NCBI GenBank assembly: GCA_963788175.1
Contig: CAWBFZ010000001.1
Coordinates: 724,804-788,803, forward strand
DNA length: 64,000 bases
Origin: Thermoanaerobaculia bacterium
GTDB taxonomy: Bacteria > Acidobacteriota > Thermoanaerobaculia > Multivoradales > JAGPDF01
Direction of reading: 5' to 3'
A program made the translations under genes and the position numbers. The notes under the pieces are model-generated. The model did not search any database and had not been told where the DNA came from. It saw only the letters and a program-made list of their open reading frames with translations. Positions 45,975-55,349 of the stretch are shown here, one piece after another. Every line of letters starts with the position of its first letter. Within the stretch, counting starts at the first letter, position 1.

Positions 45975-46256
45975 CTAGCGGGCAGCCTGTTTGCGGGGCG
46001 AACCGGCAGTGCGCCGAGCCGGAGGCGGCGCATAAGCGTCCACATAGGCATCGAGGAGTTGCCGGATCATTCGCTGGTACTGCGTCCGGTTCTTGGCCGC
46101 GTGCAACTTGAAGAAGTCGACACTGCGCTTGCTGAGCGCGATCGTGACTTTGACCCCCTCGTCGCGAAACGCCAGCTGTTCCGGCGGCGGCAGGAAGTCC
46201 GGAACCACCCGATACTCTCCGATCGGTTCATCCGTGTACCTGATTCTCGAGCTCAT
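45975..46256 (-). CDS. BrnA/CopG-like antitoxin
   Basis: 'VKVTIALSKRSVDFFK...YQRMIRQLLD' ribbon-helix-helix signature; overlaps the toxin 3' end. Confidence 0.8.
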   Translation of the reverse strand: MSSRIRYTDEPIGEYRVVPDFLPPPEQLAFRDEGVKVTIALSKRSVDFFKLHAAKNRTQYQRMIRQLLDAYVDAYAPPPARRTAGSPRKQAAR

Positions 46257-46512
46257 AGATCGCCTTTCCTTTGCGCCAGAAACCGGCACCGATGATCCGA
46301 ATCGTTCCCCTGCGGTAGGTGAAGCGCACCGTCACCACTCCCCGCGCGACCCGTCCGAAGCAGAAGAAGCGCTTCTCGCCCGTGCTGTGCTCGAGGTCCT
46401 CGGCAACGACACGCCGCGCATCGGCAAATGCATACTGCGCCTCCACGAATGAGACACCATGCTTCTTTCGGTTTTCGATGTCCTTGTCCGCATCCCACTC
46501 GAAGGAGGCCAT
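46228..46512 (-). CDS. brnT: BrnT family toxin
   Basis: 'FEWDADKDIENRKKHGVSF.EA', 'EHSTGEKRF', 'FTYR..IRIIGA'. Confidence 0.9.
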   Translation of the reverse strand: MASFEWDADKDIENRKKHGVSFVEAQYAFADARRVVAEDLEHSTGEKRFFCFGRVARGVVTVRFTYRRGTIRIIGAGFWRKGKAIYELENQVHG

Positions 46513-46714
46513 GGCCGCCCGCTCAACGTAGCATGGTTCTGGGTATTTCACCATACATTGGTATGGCGAGTCAGACTGAATCGAGAAGGACCGGTGTCGG
46601 ACTCCACGCCTGGAGCGACCCGCAGGAGAAGTTTCGGCGCTGCTTCTGGCCGGCAGTTGGCCAAGAGCTCCCCGCACCGCACCCTGGTTCGCTGAGTTCA
46701 GTTACACTTTGCCC

Positions 46715-47029
46715 ATGGCCGTGCAAGCTTCCGACCGCCCGCTGGTTGCAGACCCCGCCCAACTCGCTGGGCTTTGCCAGCGCTGGGGAATCCGTGAGTT
46801 GGCACTCTTCGGCTCGGCGCTGCGCCCGGACTTCGGCCCGGCGAGCGATGTCGATCTGCTCGTCGAGTTCGAGCCCGGTGTCACCCTCGGGTTCCGGTAC
46901 TTCCAGCTCGAACAGGAGCTCTCGGCGCTCTTCGGCGGCCGACGGATCGATCTCGTACCGCGCAAGTACCTGCATCCAAGACTCCGCGACCGCGTCCTCG
47001 CCGAGGCTCAGGTTCAGTATGCAGCATGA
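46715..47029 (+). CDS. MNT family nucleotidyltransferase (antitoxin)
   Basis: GSx10DxD motif 'LFGSALRPDFGPASDVDLLV'; 'RIDLV'. Confidence 0.88.
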   Translation: MAVQASDRPLVADPAQLAGLCQRWGIRELALFGSALRPDFGPASDVDLLVEFEPGVTLGFRYFQLEQELSALFGGRRIDLVPRKYLHPRLRDRVLAEAQVQYAA

Positions 47030-47378
47030 CGATCTCATCTATGTCGGCCAGATGGTCGATGTGGCTGCGAGGATCGACGAGCGATCCAGTCGACTGGATC
47101 GCTCCGCCTACGACTTCGACGAGGATGTGCGGCTCGCTCTCACGCACCTGGTGCAAACTCTGGGCGAGGCTGCCAGGCGAGTCTCTCCGGCCTTCCGTAC
47201 CGCGCACCCCGAGATTCCATGGTCCGAGATCGTCGGCATGCGCCACAAGATCGTGCACGACTACCTGACTGTCGACTTTGATCTCGTCTGGGACGTGACG
47301 TCCTTCGAAATCCCCGCTCTGATGCCGAAGCTGCGCGCGCTCCTGCCGGCCGCTGCACCTGGCGATGCCACTGAGTAA
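47019..47378 (+). CDS. HEPN/HepT-like (DUF86) ribonuclease toxin
   Basis: 'LGEAARRVS', 'IPWSEIVGMRHKIVHDY' (Rx4HxY); overlaps the MNT stop. Confidence 0.88.
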   Translation: MQHDDLIYVGQMVDVAARIDERSSRLDRSAYDFDEDVRLALTHLVQTLGEAARRVSPAFRTAHPEIPWSEIVGMRHKIVHDYLTVDFDLVWDVTSFEIPALMPKLRALLPAAAPGDATE

Positions 47379-47525
47379 CTAGCCAAGCCAGAGAAGAGCG
47401 GGCTGTCCGAGGTTCGCGGGCTCAACGGGGGACACACAGCGGGGATGCGAGGGCTTGGCGAGGACGGGCGATCCTGGCCCCCCGCAGTATGTCCCCAAGT
47501 GGTGGCGACGCAGGTCTGTCTGGAC

Positions 47526-47613
47526 TGGTGCCGGAGCCCGGGGTCGAACCGGGACGCCCCTTTCGGGACGGAGGATTTTAAGTCCCCTGCGTCTGCCATT
47601 TCGCCACTCCGGC
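47526..47613 (-). tRNA. tRNA-Leu (TAA)
   Basis: GCCGGAG...CTTAAAA anticodon loop, long variable arm, TTCGA, encoded CCA; 88 nt. Confidence 0.95.
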
Positions 47614-47733
47614 TGGGGTGGATTGTAGGCCAAGCGGGGGCTGGGTGCGGGTCCGCACACGGCCGTCCTCGATCGAGGACGGCTAGAGCCTAAGCGTTGC
47701 CGGGTGTTGAAGTTGGGCGGAGAGGGGAGATTG

Positions 47734-47808
47734 TGGAGGCGACGGCCGGAGTCGAACCGGCGAATGAGGGTTTTGCAGACCCTTGCCTTACCACTTGGCT
47801 ACGTCGCC
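47734..47808 (-). tRNA. tRNA-Cys (GCA)
   Basis: GGCGACG...CTGCAAA...GGTTCGACTCC...TCCA; 75 nt. Confidence 0.95.
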
Positions 47809-47815
47809 CTTAGAG

Positions 47816-47841
47816 AGAAGGCCGCCCGGAGGCGGCCTTCT
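47816..47841. other. Perfect 11-bp hairpin between tRNA-Gly and tRNA-Cys
   Basis: AGAAGGCCGCC-CGGA-GGCGGCCTTCT; processing hairpin or weak terminator. Confidence 0.6.
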
Positions 47842-47867
47842 GTGAGGCAAAAACGAAGGCTAAAAAT

Positions 47868-47942
47868 TGGAGCGGGAAACGGGACTTGAACCCGCGACCC
47901 CAACCTTGGCAAGGTTGTGCTCTACCACTGAGCTATTCCCGC
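47868..47942 (-). tRNA. tRNA-Gly (GCC)
   Basis: GCGGGAA...TTGCCAA...GGTTCAAGTCCC...TCCA; the Gly-Cys-Leu order matches glyW-cysT-leuZ. Confidence 0.95.
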
Positions 47943-47954
47943 CCGGGCCTGCGG

Positions 47955-47984
47955 ACGATAGCGAACGGCCACGCGGGCTGTCAA
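47955..47984 (-). promoter_or_regulatory. Sigma70-type promoter of the tRNA cluster
   Basis: TTGACA, 18 nt spacer, TATCGT just upstream of tRNA-Gly. Confidence 0.6.
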
Positions 47985-48385
47985 GGATGCAGCACCGGCG
48001 CGTCGAAGGCGTTCTTCACCAGGGTGAAGCTCCAGGCGCCGTCGCGGCCGCGGTCGAGGCCGAGGACGTCGAAGCGGCAGGGGCGCTGGGAGCGGTTTTT
48101 CGCCAGGAAGAGCAGGGCGGCTTTGGCCAGCCGGCGCTGCTTCTGCGGGCCCACCGCTTCGATCGCCCGGCCGAACTCGGCGGTCGCCCGGGCCTTGATC
48201 TCGATGAAACAGAGCGTCTCGCCGTCGAGCGCCACGAAGTCGAGCTCGCCGACCTTGGTGCGGACGTTCCGGGCGACGATCCGGTAGCCCGACAGCCGCA
48301 GGAAACCCTCCGCGGCGTCCTCCCCTGCCGCCCCCCGCGCATGCGTGTGCGGCAGGTCACCGAAGCCCTTGAGGCCGGAGCTCAT
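47981..48385 (-). CDS. YraN family protein
   Basis: 'GAAGEDAA..FL..GYRIVARN..GELDFVA..LCFIEIKAR', 'CRFDV'. Confidence 0.9.
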   Translation of the reverse strand: MSSGLKGFGDLPHTHARGAAGEDAAEGFLRLSGYRIVARNVRTKVGELDFVALDGETLCFIEIKARATAEFGRAIEAVGPQKQRRLAKAALLFLAKNRSQRPCRFDVLGLDRGRDGAWSFTLVKNAFDAPVLHP

Positions 48386-49817
48386 CGTCTCCGCCGCCCT
48401 ACCGCCGCTTCCACCGCGTCCCCTGCGGCGAGTCCTCGAGCACCACCCCGCGCGCCGCGAGGTCGTCGCGGATACGGTCCGACTCGGCGAAGTTGCGCGC
48501 CGCGCGCGCCGCCACGCGCGAAGCAATCGCGGCTTCGATCTCGGCCTCGGAGGCGAGATGTGTCGGCTCCGGAAGCGGCCACCGTGCCCCACGGCATGAA
48601 GATCACGCCCAATGCCTGGTCCACTAGCCGCAACGCCGCGATCACCCGCTCCGGATCGCCAGCACCCAGCTCCCGCCGATCGATCATCCCGTTCACCTCG
48701 CGCACGAAATCGAACAGCGAAGCCAACGCTGCGGACACATTCAGGTCGTCGGCGAGACCAGCCGAGAACCCAGAAACCAAGGTCTCTACCTTTACTGAAA
48801 GCTTTTCTTCTTCCTGCTGAACGACCACGGCATGCGCCGACCCGATCGATGAAGTCGTCGAGCCGGATCAACGCTGCGCGCGCTCCGTCCAGCCCGGCGA
48901 AAGTGAAGTTGAGCTTCTGCCGGTAGTGCACCGAGATCAGCAGGTAGCGCAGGGCGCGCGGCGAGATGCCACGCGCCAGAAGGTCGGAGAGAGTGTAGAA
49001 GTTGCCCAGCGACTTCGACATCTTCTGGCCGTCGACGATCAGGTGCTCCGAGTGCAGCCAGGTGCGCACGAAGGGCACGCCGTTCGCCGACTCGCTCTGG
49101 GCGATCTCGTTCTCGTGGTGCGGGAAGAGGTTGTCGACGCCGCCGCAGTGGATGTCGAAAGTCTCGCCGAGGAAGGCGGCGCTCATCGCCGAGCACTCGA
49201 TGTGCCAACCCGGGCGTCCGGGGCCCCAGGGCGAGGGCCAGCTGGGCTCGCCGGGCTTGGCGCCCTTCCACAGCACGAAGTCGCGCACGTCCTCGGTCTC
49301 GTACTCGTCGCTCGCGACCCGCTCCCCCACCCGGGCCTCGTCCTTCTTGAATCCGGAGAGCTTGCCGTAGTCGTCGTCGGCGGCGATGCGGAACCAGACC
49401 GAGCCGTCGCTCTCGTAGGCGAAGCCCGGCGGCGAGCAGGCGAGCGATGATCGCCTGCATGCCGTCGATGTAGTGCGTGGCGCGCGGATAGGCCGCCGCC
49501 GGCACGACGTTCAGTGTCGCGAGATCGGCCGCGAACGAGGCGATGAACGGCGCGGTGTAGACGTCGAGCGCCAGGCCCTTCTCGAAGGCGCCGCGGATCG
49601 TCTTGTCGTCGACGTCGGTGAGATTCATGATCTGCGTGACCTCGAAGCCGAGGAAGCGCAGACTCCGGCAGAGCAGATCCTCGAACAGGAAGGTCCGGAG
49701 ATTGCCGATGTGGACCGTGTTGTAGACCGTCGGTCCGCAGGTGTAGATGCCGACCTTCCCGGGCTCGAGCGGCTCGAACGGCTCGAGCCTGCGCCCGAGC
49801 GTATTGAAGAACTTCAC
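48382..49817 (-). CDS. cysS: Cysteine--tRNA ligase; frameshifted
   Basis: '[12 protein letters not shown]', 'DFVLWK', '[13 protein letters not shown]', '[11 protein letters not shown]', 'KMSKS'. Confidence 0.95.
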
Positions 49818-49890
49818 ACTCTCTGCGATCCACACGACTCCTTTCGAGCACCCGGTCCGTCCGCCCGGCACGAGTCCGGTGGGGTCGAGC

Positions 49891-50409
49891 TTACGCCAGC
49901 ATCTCTTTCGCATAGCCGAGCTTCCCCAGCCTTCGCATCGCGAGCTGGCGCCGGAGGCCGCGCAGGTGATCGATGAAGAGGATTCCCTCCAGGTGATCGA
50001 TCTCGTGGCAGAGCACCCGGGCGAAGAAACCCTCGGTCTCGATCTCGAACGCCTCGCCCGAGAGCCGCTGCGCCGCCACGCGAACGACGAGCGGGCGCTC
50101 GATCCGCTCGGTGAAGCCGGGAATCGACAGGCAGCCCTCGATGTCGGTCTCGACGCCGGCGCGTTCGACGACGCGGGGATTCACCAGCACATGGAGCTCG
50201 GAGCGCGGTCCGGTGGGATCGATGTCCACCACCGCGACCCGGCGCAGGTCGCCGATCTGAGGGGCGGCCAGACCGACGCCCGGGGCGGCGTACATCGTCG
50301 CCGCCATCTCCGCGACCAGGCGCGAGAGTGAGCTGTCGAACGCGGAGACCTCTTCGGTCTTCTGGCGCAGGATCGGGTCTGGGAAGAGGAGGATCGGCCG
50401 CAGCGTCAT
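49891..50409 (-). CDS. def: Peptide deformylase
   Basis: 'GVGLAAPQIG', 'EGCLSIPG', 'HEIDHLEG'. Confidence 0.95.
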   Translation of the reverse strand: MTLRPILLFPDPILRQKTEEVSAFDSSLSRLVAEMAATMYAAPGVGLAAPQIGDLRRVAVVDIDPTGPRSELHVLVNPRVVERAGVETDIEGCLSIPGFTERIERPLVVRVAAQRLSGEAFEIETEGFFARVLCHEIDHLEGILFIDHLRGLRRQLAMRRLGKLGYAKEMLA

Positions 50410-51293
50410 GCGATCGACGAGGCCTCGAGCTTCTCGACCGCGGCCGCGACCGCCCGGTCGCTGTGCTGCGAGCGCAGCGCATCGATCAGGGCGCGCGGGT
50501 CGGGATTGCCGGTCAGCGCTCGTTCCATGCCGGAGACACCGACCTTGACGAACTTCGCACGCTCCGTCACGCGGTAGGTGGCGGGCCACGGCTTGTGCTC
50601 CAGCAGAGAGCGCTCGCCGAGGATGTCCCCAGGCACGAATCCCCTGACCTGGAACCGCTGGCCGTCGGAGGTCGTGACGACGGCCTCCGCGGCGCCGGTG
50701 ATCAGGATGAGCAGAAACTCCTCGCGACTGCCGCGCGCCGCGATCTCCGAGCCCTCCTCGGCGCTCCACAGCTCGCAGCCGGAGAACAGCCGCTTCAGCT
50801 GGTCGCCGGAGAGACGCTCGACGATCGCCGTGCTCGCCAGACCCTGCCAGAGCCGCTCGACCTCCACCGGCGAGGTCCGGGCGAGCGGATCCTGCTCCTG
50901 CTGTGCCTGCACCAGGCCTTCGATCGCCAGCACTCGACTGTGCTCCAGGGCCTTGAGGCGCTGGATGCGCTGCATCTTGGCGCCCACCGTGGCATCGCCC
51001 GGGGCGAGCCGGGCGACTTTGGCGAGCTGTGCCAGCGCCTTGTCGTAGAAGCCGTCGTCGGTGTACATGTCGGCGACGTAGAGGAACTCGTCGAGCGCCT
51101 TGGCGCCCTTGCCGACCTGGGAATAGACCTCCGCCAGGCGCAGATGCGAGTGCAGGTCGTTGGGGTTCTCCTGCGTCTTCTTTTCGAGACGTTCGAGCGC
51201 CTCGTCGTAGCGCTCGAGGACGATCAGATCCTCGATCGTCAACTCGTGCGTGGGCGGCACGGCCGCGCTCTTGCCGAACAGTTTCCTCAACAT
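50406..51293 (-). CDS. TPR plus cyclic-nucleotide-binding-like domain protein
   Basis: N-terminal helical repeats; C-terminal 'LILITGAAEA...PGDILGERSLLEHKPWPATYRV'. Confidence 0.75.
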   Translation of the reverse strand: MLRKLFGKSAAVPPTHELTIEDLIVLERYDEALERLEKKTQENPNDLHSHLRLAEVYSQVGKGAKALDEFLYVADMYTDDGFYDKALAQLAKVARLAPGDATVGAKMQRIQRLKALEHSRVLAIEGLVQAQQEQDPLARTSPVEVERLWQGLASTAIVERLSGDQLKRLFSGCELWSAEEGSEIAARGSREEFLLILITGAAEAVVTTSDGQRFQVRGFVPGDILGERSLLEHKPWPATYRVTERAKFVKVGVSGMERALTGNPDPRALIDALRSQHSDRAVAAAVEKLEASSIA

Positions 51294-51488
51294 GGGTCTG
51301 CGGCGAAGTCTAGCAGCGACCGGCCGGACCTGTCGCTTGCGGAGCGGGCGGGAGCCGACGACTCCCGCCGACCGCCGCCGGCCACCGCCAGCTGCGTCCG
51401 CGTGCCGGCGACCCACCCGGGCCATGGTCCATGGAGGTTGGTCCGCACTTTGCTATAGCTCTCCGTGCAGGGCACCACGGAGGAAGAA

Positions 51489-53987
51489 ATGAACCAGAAG
51501 AACCCGCTCCAGCCGATTTCGAGCCGCCTCGCCAGGACGCTGGGAACCGCGTTCCTGCTTGCAGTTCCGGGCCTGGCCTCCGGACCGCTCGCCGGTCCAG
51601 CAGGCCCCGCGCCCGGCGCACCCATGGCCGCCGGAGAGAACGCAGAGGCCACCGCCCCGATCGCCGACGAGCGCGCCAGCTACTCCTTCCTCCGCACCCT
51701 GGAAGGGGACGCGACCGTCGCCGCGGCCGGCCAAGGGGTCGGCGAAGCGCTGGAAGTGAACCAGCCGCTGCTGACCGGTGACCAGGTGCGCGTCGGTCCC
51801 GACTCGCGCCTCGAGCTGGCGCTTTCCGATCGCAATCGCCTGCGCCTCGGCGCCGAAACGGGCCTCGTGCTCGAACGCCTCGCCTTCTCGGGCGACCGGG
51901 AGGAGCGCATCACCGTTCTGCGTCTGGAAGGGGGCGAGCTGCTCCTCGAAGTTTCCGACGAGGCGCTGGGCGACGAGCTGCCGCGCATCATCACCGCCAA
52001 CGCCACGGTGTACATCCAGCAGCCCGGCGAATACCGGGTCGAGAGCGGAGTGGAGAACGACGGACAGGCCTGGACTCGGGTCGTCACCCGTCGCGGGTAC
52101 GCCGAGATCGTGACCGACCGCGGCTCTTCGGTGGTGCGCGAAGCCGAGGCGATCCTGGCGCTCGGCGATCGCTCGCCGCGCCTCGAGCTCGCCGCCGCCG
52201 ACGCGCCCGACGAGCTCGAGCGCTGGGGCGCCGAGCTCAGCGGCCGGGTGCTCGCCGGGTCGCGCAGCGCGGCCTACGTCGAACCCCACCTTGCCTACGA
52301 CGCAGCGCCGCTGGACGAAGCCGGCGACTGGGTCGAGTACGAGAGCGTCCGCTACTGGCGGCCGTACGTCTCCGCCGGCTGGCGTCCCTATTGGCAGGGC
52401 CGGTGGTCGTGGACCCCCTCCGGCTACACCTGGGTCTCCAATGAGCCCTGGGGCTGGGTGCCGTACCACTATGGCCGTTGGTGCAGCCTGCCGGGATACG
52501 GCTGGGCCTGGCGGCCCGGCGCGGTCTACTCTCCGGCCTGGGTCTACTGGAACTGGACGAGCGGCTGGGCCAGCTGGGTGCCGATGGGCTACTACAGCCA
52601 GTTCTACGACCCCTGGTACGGCGGCGGTTACCGCTACGGCGTCTACGGCTGGGCCGGCGGCGGCTGGGGGATCTATTCGGACTGGAACTACGCGCCGGTG
52701 CACTGCTTCCGCGACCGGCACTTCCGCGGCCACATGCGGACCGGACGAGATCGCGAGCACGAGTCCCGCCTGCCCGAGCCCCCGCGGGGCCTGCTGACCA
52801 CGGACACGCGTGACTTCAGTCCCGATCGCATCGACCGCACCGACCGCACCGAGAACCTGCTGCACGAGATCGGCAAGCGGAGTCGTGAGCGCTCGGGCCG
52901 GGATCTGGCCGACGTCACCGACTTCGTCGGCCGCAAGGGAAGGCTCCCTTCCGACGTCGCACGGGTCGTCGTGAATCAGGATCCCAAGGGAGGTCGGGAC
53001 AAGGGTGTGATCCGGGATATCGGAAGCGTGCCGAAGCTCGCCGCAACCCCCTCCTGGAAGCGACGGGAAGAGCCGAAGTCGGGCGGCGCTGCGGGAACTC
53101 CGGGCGTCAAGGAGACCCCGGTGCAGAGCACGGGCAAGGGCGGCAGAGACGGCAAGGAGGGGGGCAGCGCCACGGGAGGCCTCGTATCCGCCAAGCCGCG
53201 CCCGGCGACACCCAAGGGCGTGCCGCCGATCGACTCGCGCTCCTCCGGCGGCAAGAGTGCAACCCCGCAGGCCGTGCCCCGTGCGCCCCAAGCGACGAGC
53301 TACGAGCCCAAGGGGACGTCCGATACCGGAGCCGATCGCCAGCTGTGGAAAGAGAAGGGCGGCGAGAGCGCGCCGGTGCAGCGGGTCGTCGGCAGCGTCC
53401 GGCGTCCGGCGCCGGGGGCCGACAGCAAGGGGTCCGGCACGCAGGAGTCGCCGAGCTACGACAAGGGCTCTTCCGGGTCGCAGGGGACCCAGAGCTACTA
53501 CGGTAAGGGCTCCTCGGGTTCGCAGGGGTCGCAGAGCTACGGCAAGAGTCCTTCGGGTTCGCAGGGGACCCAGACCTACGGCAAGAGCCCCTCCGGTTCA
53601 CAGGGCTCGCAGAGCTACGGCAAGAGCCCCTCCGGTTCACAGGGGTCGCAGAGCTACGGCAAGAGCCCTTCGGGTTCGCAGGGGACCCAGACCTACGGCA
53701 AGAGCCCCTCCGGTTCACAGGGCTCGCAGAGCTACGGCAAGAGCCCCTCGGGCTCTCAGGGGTCCCAGAACTCTGGCAGGAGCCCCTCGGGCTCACAGGG
53801 CTCGCAGAGCTACGGCAAGAGCCCCTCCGGCTCGCAGGGGTCGCAGGGGGCGCAGAGCTCCGGCAGGAGCCCTGCCGCCTCGTCGGGCTCGTCGGGCAAC
53901 AAGGGAGCGAAGAGCGGCCAGCCCTCGGGAAAGAGCTCTCCGCCCCCGCCCCCGCCGCCGAAGAAGGACGACGGCGGCCACAACTAG
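51489..53987 (+). CDS. Secreted FecR-like / DUF6600 protein with low-complexity repeat tail
   Basis: Signal peptide; 'NQPLLTGDQV..SRLEL..LRLG' FecR-like; 'WRPY..GRW...WVSNEPWGWVPYHYGRW' DUF6600-like. Confidence 0.8.
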   Translation: MNQKNPLQPISSRLARTLGTAFLLAVPGLASGPLAGPAGPAPGAPMAAGENAEATAPIADERASYSFLRTLEGDATVAAAGQGVGEALEVNQPLLTGDQVRVGPDSRLELALSDRNRLRLGAETGLVLERLAFSGDREERITVLRLEGGELLLEVSDEALGDELPRIITANATVYIQQPGEYRVESGVENDGQAWTRVVTRRGYAEIVTDRGSSVVREAEAILALGDRSPRLELAAADAPDELERWGAELSGRVLAGSRSAAYVEPHLAYDAAPLDEAGDWVEYESVRYWRPYVSAGWRPYWQGRWSWTPSGYTWVSNEPWGWVPYHYGRWCSLPGYGWAWRPGAVYSPAWVYWNWTSGWASWVPMGYYSQFYDPWYGGGYRYGVYGWAGGGWGIYSDWNYAPVHCFRDRHFRGHMRTGRDREHESRLPEPPRGLLTTDTRDFSPDRIDRTDRTENLLHEIGKRSRERSGRDLADVTDFVGRKGRLPSDVARVVVNQDPKGGRDKGVIRDIGSVPKLAATPSWKRREEPKSGGAAGTPGVKETPVQSTGKGGRDGKEGGSATGGLVSAKPRPATPKGVPPIDSRSSGGKSATPQAVPRAPQATSYEPKGTSDTGADRQLWKEKGGESAPVQRVVGSVRRPAPGADSKGSGTQESPSYDKGSSGSQGTQSYYGKGSSGSQGSQSYGKSPSGSQGTQTYGKSPSGSQGSQSYGKSPSGSQGSQSYGKSPSGSQGTQTYGKSPSGSQGSQSYGKSPSGSQGSQNSGRSPSGSQGSQSYGKSPSGSQGSQGAQSSGRSPAASSGSSGNKGAKSGQPSGKSSPPPPPPPKKDDGGHN
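53529..53840 (+). repeat. Coding tandem repeat, 8 x 39 bp (13 aa SQSYGKSPSGSQG), with degenerate flanking units
   Basis: Read directly; 117-bp higher-order duplication (53529-53645 vs 53646-53762). Confidence 0.95.
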
Positions 53988-54035
53988 GCCGGAAACTGTC
54001 ACGGCGTGGGCGGGTGGACTACAATCCAACCGCCC

Positions 54036-54332
54036 ATGCGCGCCGACTCGATCTTTCGTGGAGTCTTCCTCGTCTACTGCGTAGAGGCGGGCCTCTTCCT
54101 GCTGATGTCGCCCTGGCTCAGCGCCTGGAGCCATGCGGTGCTGCTGCTTCCCTTCGGCCCGGTGCGCGAGCTCCTCCTCACCTCGTGGGCGCGCGCCCTG
54201 ATCTCCGCCTTCGGCCTTCTTCATCTAGTCTGGGGCGTGCACGACCTCGATCTCTTCCTGCGCCGCCATCCTCCGGATCCTCCAACTGCCGGCTACCCGA
54301 TTGAAGATTCCGCGCCTGCTCGCCATCAGTAG
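54036..54332 (+). CDS. Small membrane hypothetical protein
   Basis: Two hydrophobic segments; 'YCVEAGLFLLMSPW'. Confidence 0.65.
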   Translation: MRADSIFRGVFLVYCVEAGLFLLMSPWLSAWSHAVLLLPFGPVRELLLTSWARALISAFGLLHLVWGVHDLDLFLRRHPPDPPTAGYPIEDSAPARHQ

Positions 54333-54932
54333 CCCGGCGGCCACGCCCGGCCCGCAGTGGCGGCGCTGGTGCAGCGAGCTCGGCGCCGCCGGCGTCGACG
54401 GACTCCAGGTGCGGCGCAAGGGCCTCGCCGACCGCGAGCTGCTCGAGCTGGCCCGCGAAGCGCGGGCCGCCGCGGGAGGGCCCCGCGTCCTGCTCGTCAA
54501 TGCCCGTCTGGACATCGCCCTGGCGGCGGGAGCGGACGGCGTCCACCTCCCCGCCTCGGGTCTCCCGCTCGCGCGCCTCCGCGAGGCGCTGGGCGCTCCC
54601 GCCCCCGCGCTACATTCCTCCTCGGCCGATCGACGCACACTCCCGACGAAATCCGCCTCGCCCGCGACCAGGGGGCCGACTTCGCTCTCTTCGGCCCGGT
54701 CTTCGAGACGCCGTCGAAGGCGGGCCTGATCCCGCCCCGCGGCCTCGACGGGCTCGCGCAGGCGGTGGCCTCGGGTCTTCCGGTCCTCGCCCTCGGCGGC
54801 ATCGACGCCGGGAACGCCCGCCAGGTCGCCGACCGCGGCGCCTGGGGCATCGCGGCGATCCGCTGGTTCGAGAATCCGGCTGCGGAACGCCTCCACTTCG
54901 CGTCCCTGCTGCAGAGCTGGGAGGGGTCGTGA
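54301..54932 (+). CDS. Thiamine phosphate synthase-like (ThiE/TenI family); one frameshift
   Basis: 'LQVRRK', 'LLVNARLDIAL..ADGVHLP', 'GRSTH', 'FGPVFETPSK', 'LALGGID'. Confidence 0.85.
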
Positions 54933-55349
54933 CGCGCATCCTTGGCCTGGGCGTCGACATCGTCGATCGCACGCCGGATCGAGCGCCTGCTGGAGCGTCA
55001 CGGCGACGCCTTCCTGCGCCGCGTCTTCCGCGACGGCGAGGTCCGCGTGGCTCGAGCCCACAAAGACGGCGTTGCCGCGGCCAGTGGTCCCGTTCGCGCC
55101 GCCCACGTCGCCGGCCTCTTCGCGGCCAAGGAGGCGACGATGAAGGCGCTCGGTACAGGCTGGGCCGAGGGGGTGGGATTCCTCCAGATCGAGGTTCGCC
55201 GTCAGGCCTCCGGCGCCCCGGCGCTCGAGCTCCACGGCGAGGCGCGTCGCCGCGCGGCGGCGCTCGGCGTCGGGCAGCTCTGGCTCTCCATCAGCCACGA
55301 CGGTGCGAACGCCGTGGCCGTCGTCGTTCTGGAAGGTGTCGAAAGATGA
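54929..55349 (+). CDS. acpS: Holo-ACP synthase; one frameshift
   Basis: 'ILGLGVDIV', 'FAAKEATMKALGTG', 'LSISHD'. Confidence 0.9.

Larger units (their letters stand above)
43611..47571. mobile_element. tRNA-Leu-integrated genomic islet (about 3.9 kb), no integrase
   Basis: Bounded by the tRNA-Leu 3' direct repeats; cargo is a GT-C-like membrane protein and two toxin-antitoxin pairs. Confidence 0.7.

Noticed and set aside
47981-49330. Apparent CysS-YraN fusion ORF
   Set aside because: Frameshift artefact; cysS stop and yraN start overlap normally (ATGA) at 48382-48385.
48382-49817. Pseudogene or programmed-frameshift calls for cysS, purC, radA, acpS, malQ
   Set aside because: Motifs are intact, breaks are indels rather than nonsense substitutions, no slippery sites are evident, and some genes are essential; sequencing error is more parsimonious.
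53529-53840. 39-bp periodic repeat as a CRISPR array
   Set aside because: Head-to-tail units with no unique spacers, in frame within a CDS, and no cas genes in the window.
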